Shown piece by piece: positions 15,881-25,374 of a stretch of DNA of 64,000 nucleotides (positions within the stretch are counted from its first letter, which is position 1; each line of letters starts with the position of its first letter). The notes under the pieces are model-generated. The model had not been told where the DNA came from and made no database searches. It saw nothing but the letters and a program-made list of their open reading frames with translations. Source of the stretch: a virus; the IMG/VR virus record IMGVR_UViG_3300002026_002465, positions 32,001-96,000 of that record; one strand, 5' to 3'. Both the position numbers and the translations under genes were made by a program.

Positions 15881-17521
15881 ATGGCTGAAGAAATAAACAC
15901 TACTAAAGCAGAACTTACAGAAGAGCAGAAAAAATATATTCACGATCAGGTTGATTCTTTTAACGAAAGAATGAAAGTGGATAAGGTACGCATCCCTGCA
16001 GAAGTAGAAGAAGTTTCTCTCCGCTGGGTAAAACACGCTCCATTTCTCTCTGAGTTTCTTTTGCGTTTTAATTATTTTATGACTGAACAGATTCCTACTA
16101 TGGGTGTTAATTCCAGAAGGGGCAGAATCAATCTTTATATGAACCCAAAGTTTATGCGAGGTGGACAGTTTCTTCCTCGTATGCAGTGGGTTGATGACAA
16201 GAAAAATCCTCTTAAAGAAGATAAAGCAGGAAACCCTATAGATTCTAATGGAAAGGTTCTTCCTAAAGAGACAGTTCAGCAACTTCCAGTTTTTGAAAAA
16301 GATTCTAATGGAAACATTAAACTTGATCCATTTGGAGCTCCAATTATAGAACAGTATGAATCAGCTCCAATGACTGAGGAAGAGCTTGAGGGCGTACTCG
16401 TTCATGAAATTGAGCATCTTATTAGGTGCCATGGAGAGCGCGCTCTTGAAGACCACTATATCTGGAATATAGCCGCTGATATGCTCATCAATGATGACAT
16501 TACAACCATGTCTATAGGAAACAGAAAACTTGTTCTCCCTAAGGGTGCCGTTTATTTGGCTCAGGCTACAAAAGACGGATACACTGGTCAGAAGATAACA
16601 GAGGAACTTTATTTCTGGTTGCTTGATAAGCGAAATGAATATAGAAACCAGATGGAAGATTTGATCAAACAGGCAGGTGGTGGATCTGGCGGAGAGGGTG
16701 GTAAATGTCCTCATTGTGATGGAAGTGGAAAAGAAAAAGATGACAATGGAAATGAGACAGATCAGCCTTGCCCACATTGTGCAGGAACTGGAAAACAGCC
16801 TTCTGGAAATGGTGATGAATTGTTTGATGCAATCTATGGATCAAAAATTGATGATCACTCTGTAATGGAAGAGTCTGATTCTCTTGCTGAACAGGCTATC
16901 AAAGAAATTATTGATACTGCTCAAATTCGTGGTTGGGGAAATATGACAGGCTCAGGTGTTACAAAGCTTGAAGAACTTTGCAAGGGAGCCAAGATAAATT
17001 GGAAGACTCTTTTGAGAAAATATCTTTCAGCTGCTGTATCATCACCTGGAAACATTTATGAGAATAACTGGTCAAGGAGAAATAGACGTGGTCTTCCTCT
17101 CCCTGGAATTAAAAAACTTAGTAATAAGGTTGTTGTTGGTATAGACGTTTCAGGTTCAATTGGTGATCATGATATTCAGGTATTCTTTACAGAAATTGAA
17201 AAAATTGTAAAGGATGTTGGACAACTTACAGTTATTCAGTGGGATACTGAAATAAAGGATGTTTGGAAGGAATATAAGAGAGGTGATTACAAGAAAATCA
17301 AAATCACTGGACGTGGCGGTACAGACGTTCAGAAAACATATAACTGGATGAAAGAAAATAAGATGGATCAATATCCTCTTGTTATGTTTACAGATGGTTG
17401 GTTTGATTATGATTTTGATACTCAGCATGTTAAAACTGTCTGGTGTGTTACAGATGAGAGTAGATGCACGGTTCCAGGTGGAAAGAATATCTTTGTAAAT
17501 ATAAAAGATTATCACAAATGA
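15881..17521 (+). CDS. Fused zincin metallopeptidase + vWA (DUF2201-type), module 2
   Basis: HEIEHLIRCH, WNIAADMLIN, DnaJ-like CPHCDGSG/CPHCAGTG insert, IDVSGS, GRGGTD, FTDGW. Confidence 0.9.
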   Translation: MAEEINTTKAELTEEQKKYIHDQVDSFNERMKVDKVRIPAEVEEVSLRWVKHAPFLSEFLLRFNYFMTEQIPTMGVNSRRGRINLYMNPKFMRGGQFLPRMQWVDDKKNPLKEDKAGNPIDSNGKVLPKETVQQLPVFEKDSNGNIKLDPFGAPIIEQYESAPMTEEELEGVLVHEIEHLIRCHGERALEDHYIWNIAADMLINDDITTMSIGNRKLVLPKGAVYLAQATKDGYTGQKITEELYFWLLDKRNEYRNQMEDLIKQAGGGSGGEGGKCPHCDGSGKEKDDNGNETDQPCPHCAGTGKQPSGNGDELFDAIYGSKIDDHSVMEESDSLAEQAIKEIIDTAQIRGWGNMTGSGVTKLEELCKGAKINWKTLLRKYLSAAVSSPGNIYENNWSRRNRRGLPLPGIKKLSNKVVVGIDVSGSIGDHDIQVFFTEIEKIVKDVGQLTVIQWDTEIKDVWKEYKRGDYKKIKITGRGGTDVQKTYNWMKENKMDQYPLVMFTDGWFDYDFDTQHVKTVWCVTDESRCTVPGGKNIFVNIKDYHK

Positions 17522-17533
17522 CTAAATGACCGG

Positions 17534-17564
17534 ATCCCCCAAAGATAATTCTTTGGGGGATTTT
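17534..17564 (+). terminator. Intrinsic terminator
   Basis: ATCCCCCAAAGA-TAAT-TCTTTGGGGGAT plus TTT. Confidence 0.85.
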
Positions 17565-17565
17565 A

Positions 17566-18054
17566 ATGGAAAAAATACAAACTCACAATTCTTCTACAAG
17601 ATCTGAAGATGGAATTAAATTCATAACAATAAAAGGTTCTTTAGATAGTTTTAATGTTTATGATGTTTCAAATTATATTGGTGAGATATTATCTACTGCT
17701 ACTGAACAAACAATTGTTTTTGAATTAGAAGGGTTAAATTTTATAACTGCTCATGGCATAGTTTCTTTTATAAATATAATAGAAAACTATAAAGATAAAA
17801 AAAATGTTTATTTAAAAGATGTTAATACAACAATATTAGAACAATTCAAGCTTTTGGGGTTTTATGGATGTTTTCATTTTATTACATCAACAGATGAAAT
17901 TGCAAATATTTCAAATGTTTTATTTCCGAAAACTTTAAATTGTCCATCATGTAATAATAAAATTATTGCCACTAAAAGTGGAAAATTTAAATGTCCTGCT
18001 TGTAAATCAACTATATCAGTAAATAAAGAAGGTAAAATAGATGAAGAAGAATGA
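17566..18054 (+). CDS. STAS (anti-sigma antagonist) domain with C-terminal zinc ribbon
   Basis: KGSLDSFN, LNFITAHGI, FKLLGF, then FPKTLNCPSC...GKFKCPACK. Confidence 0.8.
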   Translation: MEKIQTHNSSTRSEDGIKFITIKGSLDSFNVYDVSNYIGEILSTATEQTIVFELEGLNFITAHGIVSFINIIENYKDKKNVYLKDVNTTILEQFKLLGFYGCFHFITSTDEIANISNVLFPKTLNCPSCNNKIIATKSGKFKCPACKSTISVNKEGKIDEEE

Positions 18055-18265
18055 TTTTTTTGATAATTTAAATGTTGTTTTTGCTAACTCAGAAGAAAAA
18101 GAGGATTATGCTTTTACGAAAGCGGTTATTTATAGAGATATTAAAACTGGTAAAATAGAAAGTATTCAGGTTATTAATACTGAATATAATGAATTCATGG
18201 TTATAGAAAGAGATGGTGAAGCTTCATTTATTAATATAGGTGATGAAGTAAATGGAGAAAAATAA
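18041..18265 (+). CDS. Hypothetical protein
   Basis: ORF track, coupled to neighbours. Confidence 0.55.
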   Translation: MKKNDFFDNLNVVFANSEEKEDYAFTKAVIYRDIKTGKIESIQVINTEYNEFMVIERDGEASFINIGDEVNGEK

Positions 18266-18769
18266 GTGGATCTAAGAAAAAACTTTACAGAAGAAGAATT
18301 TGAACAATGGAAACAAGGATGGTTTGAAGAAAAAGGCTGTCCTTTTTTTGCATGTAGTCAAGCACTATATAGAAAAGTTTGTGGAAAGACATTTTTATGT
18401 GGATCTCTTTTTGATTATGATGGATATAAAAATGATAAGTGGATAAAAGTTTGTGATATAAAACTAGCCCAAGATGAAGAGAATAAATTTCCAACTAAAA
18501 ATTGTCCTGCTTGTATGGGGGCGATGACTTTAAAATCAGACCATGAATCAGGAATTCTATATTCAGATAGTTGGTGTCCTGTTATTAATAATTGGTATGA
18601 AGAAGCCGGGATCAAAGTTTTTAGAAAAAATGAAAAATATGGAGTTACATGGGGAGCTTATATCATACCTCTTGTTGGTGAACAAGCTTATCTCGAAATG
18701 ATAAAGGATCCTAAAAAATTCAAGGAATTTATGGAAAATCCTGAATCATTCAAGGATAATTATGAATGA
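18266..18769 (+). CDS. Cys-rich hypothetical protein
   Basis: GTG start after GGAG; several Cys incl. CPAC. Confidence 0.6.
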   Translation: MDLRKNFTEEEFEQWKQGWFEEKGCPFFACSQALYRKVCGKTFLCGSLFDYDGYKNDKWIKVCDIKLAQDEENKFPTKNCPACMGAMTLKSDHESGILYSDSWCPVINNWYEEAGIKVFRKNEKYGVTWGAYIIPLVGEQAYLEMIKDPKKFKEFMENPESFKDNYE

Positions 18770-19187
18770 AATGATAGCTGAATTATATAATAAATATTTA
18801 TTTCGTTATATGGATTTAAGGGATATAACCCCTGAATGTGTTAATATTATATTACATCAAATTGAAACACATAAATATTTTCTTAATCAAGAATATAAAC
18901 AAGAAATACCTCTATTAACAACTTTTAATTCTTGGATTGAATATGTTTTTGATCCATTTATATATAATGTTGAAAAGAGTGATGTCCTTATATATACAGA
19001 TATTAATGTTTTAGAACTTTTTGTTATTGTAATGAAAATATGGGATGATATGAAAAAAGAAATACCAAAACATGAAAAACACATTCATATTTACCATGCT
19101 ATGGATAAATATTGTTTTAATCTAAAAAACTATCCTCTTATTAAAAAATTTTTTATTTGGATGAGACATAAGCATAATTATATATAA
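18762..19187 (+). CDS. Hypothetical protein
   Basis: 141-aa ORF. Confidence 0.6.
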   Translation: MNEMIAELYNKYLFRYMDLRDITPECVNIILHQIETHKYFLNQEYKQEIPLLTTFNSWIEYVFDPFIYNVEKSDVLIYTDINVLELFVIVMKIWDDMKKEIPKHEKHIHIYHAMDKYCFNLKNYPLIKKFFIWMRHKHNYI

Positions 19188-19197
19188 CGGAGAAAAT

Positions 19198-19823
19198 ATG
19201 GACTTGAATTTAGAGGAAGATTAATTACATTATGTGGAATTGATCATTCAGGTAAAAGCACAGTAGCAAAGCTTTTAGTTAAAAAACTAAATGATGCAAA
19301 TATACCAGCAATTTATACATTTCAGCCTGGTGATAATGATGGTGAATATAATCAAATGTTGCATGATATGTGTAAAACAAAAAAATATGACCTAGATCCT
19401 CTTTCTAATTTATTTGCATTTCTCCTTGATAGATCTGAACATACTTCTAAAAAGATTATTCCAAACTTGGAAAATGGTGTAGCTGTTATATCAGATAGAT
19501 ATTGGTATAGTACAATTGCCTATCAGTTTTATGGAAAGCAATTGTTAGAAAAGTATAATCTTTCAATGGATCTTGCTTATTGGATGAATAAAGTTGCTTC
19601 ACATAATCTAACACCATATAAGGCTTTTTATCTTAATCGTGCACAAGAACTAGTCAATGCAACTGAAGATGATAATCAAGATCTTTTTGAAACTGAATCT
19701 TCTCTTTTTAAACAAAGAGTAAAAAATGGGTATAAATTTCTTGTGTCTTCAGGTGAATTACAGGAAATAGAAGTAGATTCTGATCCTGAAGTAACTCTTT
19801 CAAGAATTGTAGGTATGATGTGA
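19198..19823 (+). CDS. tmk: Thymidylate kinase; start ATG 19198 is one base out of frame with the P-loop
   Basis: Frame of 19356 extends upstream to ...RGRLITLCGIDHSGKST; LDRSEH, VISDRYWYSTIAYQ; SD GGAG precedes ATG 19198. Confidence 0.85.
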
Positions 19824-20104
19824 GTTATGAGGTTTGTTCATTTTTAGATTGTCCATATCATCCTAAAAATGAATTTAGAAAAAAGATGATGTCAAGACTA
19901 ATGTATAAAATAAAATCTTTTGAAAAAAGAGCAATGGATGTTTATTTTTTTAAGGATATTTTTGCTCCTATCAATAATTTATATGAATTAGAATCCGTTC
20001 CTAGAGAATGCCTCATTTGTTCTCATTTTGTAAAAAGAGATATGAGATTAGAAAGCATATCTCAATCTGCAAAAAAGGAATTGTTAAATGAAGATTTGCA
20101 ATGA
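19820..20104 (+). CDS. Putative Zn-binding hypothetical protein
   Basis: CxxxDCPxH...ECLxC; paralogue of next gene. Confidence 0.6.
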   Translation: MSYEVCSFLDCPYHPKNEFRKKMMSRLMYKIKSFEKRAMDVYFFKDIFAPINNLYELESVPRECLICSHFVKRDMRLESISQSAKKELLNEDLQ

Positions 20105-20477
20105 GATAGATTGTCCACTTCACTCTGATTACACAGATAGTGAAATTGAAGAAGTGGTTAAAGATGAAAATAGCAAGGGTGGTTATTGGGCAACCACTGC
20201 AAATCAAGGTCCAGGATTTAGTGTATATTCGGGAGGCAATGGTGGACTTGGTCAATCTTCTACAGCCGTATGGACAACAGCAGCCATATCAACGTTATCT
20301 ACAGCGAATATTGTAACTCTTGGTAATAATGAAGAAATAAAAGTTGATAATGGAATAAAATTTAAAACTAATATATTAGAATGTAATTTAGAATGTTTGT
20401 TTTGTATATATAATAAAAAAGTTGATATGAAAAATGAATTGATTGTTGCTAAAACAAAAAAATTATTGGAGAAATAA
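20088..20477 (+). CDS. Putative Zn-binding hypothetical protein
   Basis: CxxxDCPxH...ECLxC. Confidence 0.6.
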   Translation: MKICNEIDCPLHSDYTDSEIEEVVKDENSKGGYWATTANQGPGFSVYSGGNGGLGQSSTAVWTTAAISTLSTANIVTLGNNEEIKVDNGIKFKTNILECNLECLFCIYNKKVDMKNELIVAKTKKLLEK

Positions 20478-20478
20478 A

Positions 20479-20822
20479 ATAGTTTATACACAAACTGATG
20501 ATCCTGTACCATATATTATTACAACTACGGATAATTCAAGTCCATATATAGTTAATGGTAACAGCATACCATATTATACAATTTCAGCAACTACATCCAC
20601 ATTTGAACAAGAGATTTACCCTAAAATACCAAATTCGTTAGGTCTTTTATATATTGAAGGAGATAAGATTCTTATAAGAAAAGTAGATGGAGAAATAATT
20701 CTTTGGGTATTATGGGTGAAGGAGATGAAAAAACATCAATCAAACTTGTAACAGAAATTGCTAAAATGCTATTATTAAAAGCTAAAAAAGCTATAAAAGA
20801 TCATAATAAAAAGCATATATAG
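20479..20822 (+). CDS. Hypothetical protein, probable frameshift at GGG 20705-20707
   Basis: SD GGAG 7 nt before in-frame ATA 20479; second frame continues MGEGDEKTSIKLVTEIAKMLLLKAKK to TAG 20822. Confidence 0.4.
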
Positions 20823-20844
20823 ATTATATAAACAAGGAGAAAAC

Positions 20845-21129
20845 ATGGCTGGATTTGATGAACTTAGTGAAGAGGTTTTAGGAGACATTCGCAAAGGCTG
20901 GGAAAAGATTAAGGTTCTTGCAGAAGAAAAGAAGTCTATTTCAGAAGATATTGCTGAAGAAAAGAAAGAGATCTCCAAGAAATGTGGAATTGCAGTAAAG
21001 GATTTGAATGCAATTTTTACTGTTGTTTTAGCCAAAGAAAAGGGTGAATGGTCAGATGAAGATGTTTTGATTGCTGACAAAATCGCTGCTAGAGTTACTC
21101 TTAGTCCTCCAACTAAGCTTAATGAGTAA
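20845..21129 (+). CDS. T4 DsbA/GapR-like small DNA-binding protein
   Basis: EKIKVLAEEKKSISEDIAEEKKEISKKCG..KDLNAI helical pattern; SD and own terminator. Confidence 0.5.
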   Translation: MAGFDELSEEVLGDIRKGWEKIKVLAEEKKSISEDIAEEKKEISKKCGIAVKDLNAIFTVVLAKEKGEWSDEDVLIADKIAARVTLSPPTKLNE

Positions 21130-21158
21130 CTCTTTTACATAGTCCTCCTTTACTTTTT

Positions 21159-21194
21159 GCTCATGGTGTTTATGCACCATGAGCTTCTTTTTTT
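21159..21194 (+). terminator. Intrinsic terminator
   Basis: GCTCATGGTG/CACCATGAGC plus T-run. Confidence 0.85.
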
Positions 21195-21239
21195 ATAATA
21201 ACTTATACTATTATCAAATTTTTATCAAGATAATTTTAT

Positions 21240-21647
21240 ATGATAAAAGAAAATTATGAAGTTTGGACAAATGATGATATAGATAATTTACCAAAAGGTG
21301 AGAATACAATAAAATTAGTTGATCTCCCACCTGCTATTATATTAAAAAGATGGTATAATTTAGATAATATTTGGAATGAAAATCTTTATTTTTATAAAAA
21401 AGATAGAAAGACTGGATTTTTATTTGCTGTTTCAATTGGAAGCACTAATAGCGGAGTTACTTTTATTACTAAAAAAGCATATTATACTGAAGATGATAAT
21501 TTATATGATGATAGTGATGATGATAGTTATTTTAGTTTTAAAGAGTTAGAACTATCTGATATAGATTCTTTACAAGATATGTTAATGTCTATTTTTGAAA
21601 AAGATATTGATATTGAAAATTATAATATAATGTCATTACTTAAATAA
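21240..21647 (+). CDS. Acidic orphan, C-terminal IF-motif family
   Basis: ...QDMLMSIFEK; AAGATA motif at 21227. Confidence 0.65.
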   Translation: MIKENYEVWTNDDIDNLPKGENTIKLVDLPPAIILKRWYNLDNIWNENLYFYKKDRKTGFLFAVSIGSTNSGVTFITKKAYYTEDDNLYDDSDDDSYFSFKELELSDIDSLQDMLMSIFEKDIDIENYNIMSLLK

Positions 21648-21657
21648 GAGGTATAAT

Positions 21658-22241
21658 ATGGATGAATTAAAAAAATATATAATATTCAAGATGAGTTAAT
21701 TTCTGAGGTTTCAAAATCATTTGCAGACTCATCCAAGGAGAATGAATATATGAGCTATAAAGCATCAAAATTAGTAGAGAATTTATTAAGAGAATTTGAT
21801 ATGGCAGTTGGAGCTGTCAGTTCACCAATGACAAATGATCCATATAAAAATGTAGATCCAAAACTATTGAAAACACAACAACTTATTAGAATTTTACAGG
21901 ATAATGCCTATAAAATGATTGATTCACAAAGAGTTGATTCTTTTTCAAGTGAAAATAATTTAACACCAGACATTAAAGAATTGATAACAACAACGTCAGA
22001 ACCAGTAATTAAAGTAATTGTTAAAAAACTTTATTGTACGTGGTTTGGAGAGCAAACAGAAACAGCAGTTGTAACTCCTCCTGTAGTAGAAAAAGAAATA
22101 GAAATAAATGCCGTTGTTATTTCTCCTCAACAAGAATCTTTTATTATAAAGAAAATTGTTGGAGATGAAGTAATATTAGAAGATATAAAAGGTAATTCAA
22201 AGTTAGTATCAAAACAGATATTAAAAGTTTGGATGAAATAA
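21658..22241 (+). CDS. Hypothetical protein; ATG 21658 joins the 21750 frame via a -1 shift at an A7 run
   Basis: SD before both ATGs; joined reading MDELKKIYNIQDELISEV...MSYKASK is open. Confidence 0.55.
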
Positions 22242-22253
22242 GGGGAAAATATA

Positions 22254-22835
22254 ATGGATTTAGCATTAAATGAATTCCTTGCACAGCTAGGAAACGAAAC
22301 GGTCTCTAGAATAAATAGAGAAACAAAAGTTAAAACAATTCAACCAGTAAAACCCGTAAAAGAAGAAAGACAAGTTCAAATGCCACAACATCAACCAAAA
22401 GAACAACCTAAAATTATTGAAGAAGAAAAAGATATAAACGAAGATTTTATTGAAACAGCTTTAGATTATGCTAATGTTATTATCAAAACTGTTAGATCAA
22501 GTTTTGAAACTCAGGCTGAAAAAAGAAAAGTTATGGAGTCAATAAGATCAGCTATTAATTTATATTTAGGTGAAGAACAAAAACAACAATCTTTCTTTCC
22601 ACAACATCAACAAAAAATAGTTGAATCTGAATATTCAGGAAAATTAAAAATGAATGACTTCACTGGAAAAGAAGTTGATTTTCAACAAGAGTGCCCCAAG
22701 GGTATGATGGAAAATAATTTAAATATAGGTTTAAAAGAAGGACCTGATGGTAAAAAACAAGTTGATCTAAGTAATTTAAGTCAAAATGATATAGCATCAT
22801 TAAGAATATTAAGTGGAATAGATAATATAAATTAA
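22254..22835 (+). CDS. Hypothetical protein (Q/E-rich)
   Basis: 193-aa ORF with SD. Confidence 0.7.
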   Translation: MDLALNEFLAQLGNETVSRINRETKVKTIQPVKPVKEERQVQMPQHQPKEQPKIIEEEKDINEDFIETALDYANVIIKTVRSSFETQAEKRKVMESIRSAINLYLGEEQKQQSFFPQHQQKIVESEYSGKLKMNDFTGKEVDFQQECPKGMMENNLNIGLKEGPDGKKQVDLSNLSQNDIASLRILSGIDNIN

Positions 22836-22846
22836 TTGGAGTTAAA

Positions 22847-23008
22847 ATGTCAGAAATAGAAACTAAACTAGATGAAATTATTATAGAAATTAAAGAATTT
22901 AAACAAATAGCAAAAGATCAAATCGAGGCACTTGAAGAACTTGTTTCTTTGTTTTCTAAATATGATCAAGAGTTGTTGATGGAGAATGATGAAATTAGAG
23001 AAGGATGA
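22847..23008 (+). CDS. Small coiled-coil protein (53 aa)
   Basis: Own translation MSEIETKLDEIIIEIKEFK...EIREG*, SD GGAG. Confidence 0.5.
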   Translation: MSEIETKLDEIIIEIKEFKQIAKDQIEALEELVSLFSKYDQELLMENDEIREG

Positions 23009-23273
23009 TTTATCTAAATTAGGCATAGGACAAGTAGTATTAACATATTTTTCTGAATCTCATAGTGGTGTTACTGGATATGTTTGGGTAAAATTAAATA
23101 AAGATAAATATATGTGTGCCGCAAGAATAGATGCTCCAGATACCATCGTCTCTCTTTTACGTTCTTTAACTTATAATGAAGATCAAGTAGGTGAAAGTCA
23201 TAGAATTGAATTGGGTAATATAGATAATGTTCCTGAAAATCAAATAATAAATGCAATTAAGCATATATTCTAA
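22986..23273 (+). CDS. Small orphan, C-terminal IF-motif family
   Basis: ...NAIKHIF*. Confidence 0.6.
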   Translation: MMKLEKDDLSKLGIGQVVLTYFSESHSGVTGYVWVKLNKDKYMCAARIDAPDTIVSLLRSLTYNEDQVGESHRIELGNIDNVPENQIINAIKHIF

Positions 23274-23700
23274 TATGATTAGTGCTGATATAAAATTTGA
23301 AGGCAAAAGAGATAAAGATATTATTTACCAAACAATACGTATAATTCCAAATAAATCTGCAAATCTAAGATATTTTATGTATGATAGATATTTAACCGGA
23401 AGAACATTAGATGATTTTTTATCAGCTATTTATTATGGCGATGGAATCAATATAAAGTTTAAAGAAAAACATAAATTTAGAAATCAAATAACAATTAAAT
23501 ATGATATAATTAATGACATTCCAGTTGATTTATCACCTAAACAAATTCATATAAAAACAGAATCTCCAGCTTTTGATGGATGTATTTATTGTTCTCACTT
23601 TAATGAAAATAAAAATGGTATTAGCCATTGTACATATTATAAAATTTTCTTGAAAAGAGTGAAAAAGTCATGTGTTGATTTTTTTGAAAAAGACCGTTAA
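23251..23700 (+). CDS. Hypothetical protein with C-terminal Cys cluster (likely start 23275)
   Basis: CIYCSHF...HC...C; GCATATATTC variant before ATG 23275. Confidence 0.6.
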   Translation: MQLSIYSNMISADIKFEGKRDKDIIYQTIRIIPNKSANLRYFMYDRYLTGRTLDDFLSAIYYGDGINIKFKEKHKFRNQITIKYDIINDIPVDLSPKQIHIKTESPAFDGCIYCSHFNENKNGISHCTYYKIFLKRVKKSCVDFFEKDR

Positions 23701-24338
23701 TATGTATATTCAGATATAGCATCTAACAAGTCTTCAGCATCTTCCAAATTAGATTTAGCCACTCCAATTAAATCATTGTAATCAATAATTTTATCTTCTA
23801 TCTCCCAATAATCATCTTTCCAATTATTTAAATCATCTATTTGATCATCAACACTCTGTTGATCAAAATCATCATTAGCAATAGGTGGTTTTATTTTCTT
23901 TTTATATGTTGTGCTGTTAATTAATAATAATGGCATGGATGAAATATCTCTTATATTACTAACCAATTCTTCAAACTTATCCAATGATTGATCTTGTTCT
24001 TTTTTTAAAGAATATACTTCATTTTCCATTTCATCTGTTTGATTTGTTATTTCTTTAATACAATCTTCTATCCATGATATTTCTTTTATTATATCATATT
24101 TATATTTTGTTTGGTATATTATAAAACACTTTAAAGTATCATAACTATAACCAAATCTTTTCATACCTTTTAATTGTGCTGATAACTTTATAACGAAATC
24201 TGGGCGGTTAAATATATTGAAAAACAAATAACTAAAATGATCTTCATTTAAAGGTATATCATAATTATATAAAGATTTATAATCTTCTTTTGTTGAGTTT
24301 GTATATTGTGTTATTTTAATTAAATCTTTTTCTTTCAT
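23697..24338 (-). CDS. Acidic coiled-coil hypothetical protein
   Basis: ORF track; last gene of minus-strand block. Confidence 0.7.
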   Translation of the reverse strand: MKEKDLIKITQYTNSTKEDYKSLYNYDIPLNEDHFSYLFFNIFNRPDFVIKLSAQLKGMKRFGYSYDTLKCFIIYQTKYKYDIIKEISWIEDCIKEITNQTDEMENEVYSLKKEQDQSLDKFEELVSNIRDISSMPLLLINSTTYKKKIKPPIANDDFDQQSVDDQIDDLNNWKDDYWEIEDKIIDYNDLIGVAKSNLEDAEDLLDAISEYTY

Positions 24339-24685
24339 TTTTTACCTATAAAAATATCTTTAATTAAATTTTTTTTATTTGCTTCTGTTAATTTACCAAC
24401 ACCAGCATATTTAATAATAGCATAATTTCCTTCTAAATCTTGAATTACATATTTTAAGTTATCTTCAAATGCATTATGATATATCTTATTTTGATCATCA
24501 ACTGTTAATATTTCTCTTATATAACATATTGTTTCATTTGGAATAAATAAATATTCTTCATTGTTTTTAGTAAAATAATCAATTACTTGGGGATTTTTCA
24601 GAATACTTGTAAATCCTTTTATTTTGTGAAAAACTCCATATATATATTCTTCATTAATAACAATTACTACATCTTCTATATTCAT
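24335..24685 (-). CDS. Tandem paralogue 3 (IF-motif family)
   Basis: IEDVVI..GF..IL..KYVIQDLEGNYAII..LIKDIF. Confidence 0.75.
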   Translation of the reverse strand: MNIEDVVIVINEEYIYGVFHKIKGFTSILKNPQVIDYFTKNNEEYLFIPNETICYIREILTVDDQNKIYHNAFEDNLKYVIQDLEGNYAIIKYAGVGKLTEANKKNLIKDIFIGKK

Positions 24686-25033
24686 TTAAACCTTTTTAAA
24701 AATGGTATCAAATAAAAACACTTTATCATCTTTTGTTAACATTCTAATACCTCTTTTATTTGTTATAGCATAATTTCCTTTCAAGTCTTGAACTACATAT
24801 TTATCACATGCATTGTCTAGTTTAAGAGGAAGTTTTTCTTGACTTTCAATTGTTATTATTTCTTTTAAAAAACATATTTCTTTATTTTTAATAACATAAT
24901 CTCTTAATTTACAATTTTTATAAAAATCAATTAATTCTTGATTTGTTAAAATATTTACAAATCCACCTATTTGATTAAAAGTTGGATATATCATATTTTC
25001 ATTTGTAATTACTAACAAATCTTCTATTTTCAT
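24686..25033 (-). CDS. Tandem paralogue 2 (IF-motif family)
   Basis: IEDLLV..GF..IL..KYVVQDLKGNYAIT..LFDTIF. Confidence 0.75.
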   Translation of the reverse strand: MKIEDLLVITNENMIYPTFNQIGGFVNILTNQELIDFYKNCKLRDYVIKNKEICFLKEIITIESQEKLPLKLDNACDKYVVQDLKGNYAITNKRGIRMLTKDDKVFLFDTIFKKV

Positions 25034-25374
25034 ATCTTTCCTTGGAATATTCTATCAAATAGATATACTCTATCACCCTCTTTTAATTTTTTAGTAGCAA
25101 TACAATCAATAATTGAATATTCACCTCTAAGGGTACGAATAATATATTTAGCTCTCGTTTCATATTCTGATGGAGTAAGAGCACTTACTTGTTGTCCTGT
25201 TAACATCTGAACAACTTGACAAATTACTCCATTTCTTTGGTCAGTTTCATCATGTTTTTTAAAATAGTCTTCTGCTTCTTTATCTTTTAAAATATCATAA
25301 AAACCTACAGTTTGGTGAAATGATGGATATACTTTACCACTATCTATAATTTCAACTAAATCAGTTATTGTCAT
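25030..25374 (-). CDS. Tandem paralogue 1 (IF-motif family)
   Basis: ITDLVE..GF..IL..KYIIRTLRGEYSII..LFDRIF. Confidence 0.75.
   Translation of the reverse strand: MTITDLVEIIDSGKVYPSFHQTVGFYDILKDKEAEDYFKKHDETDQRNGVICQVVQMLTGQQVSALTPSEYETRAKYIIRTLRGEYSIIDCIATKKLKEGDRVYLFDRIFQGKI

Noticed and set aside
21135-21150. Minus-strand AAGGAGG-ACT-ATG-TAA minigene
   Set aside because: SD-start spacing of 3 nt is too short and no promoter is seen; kept only as an anti-SD note
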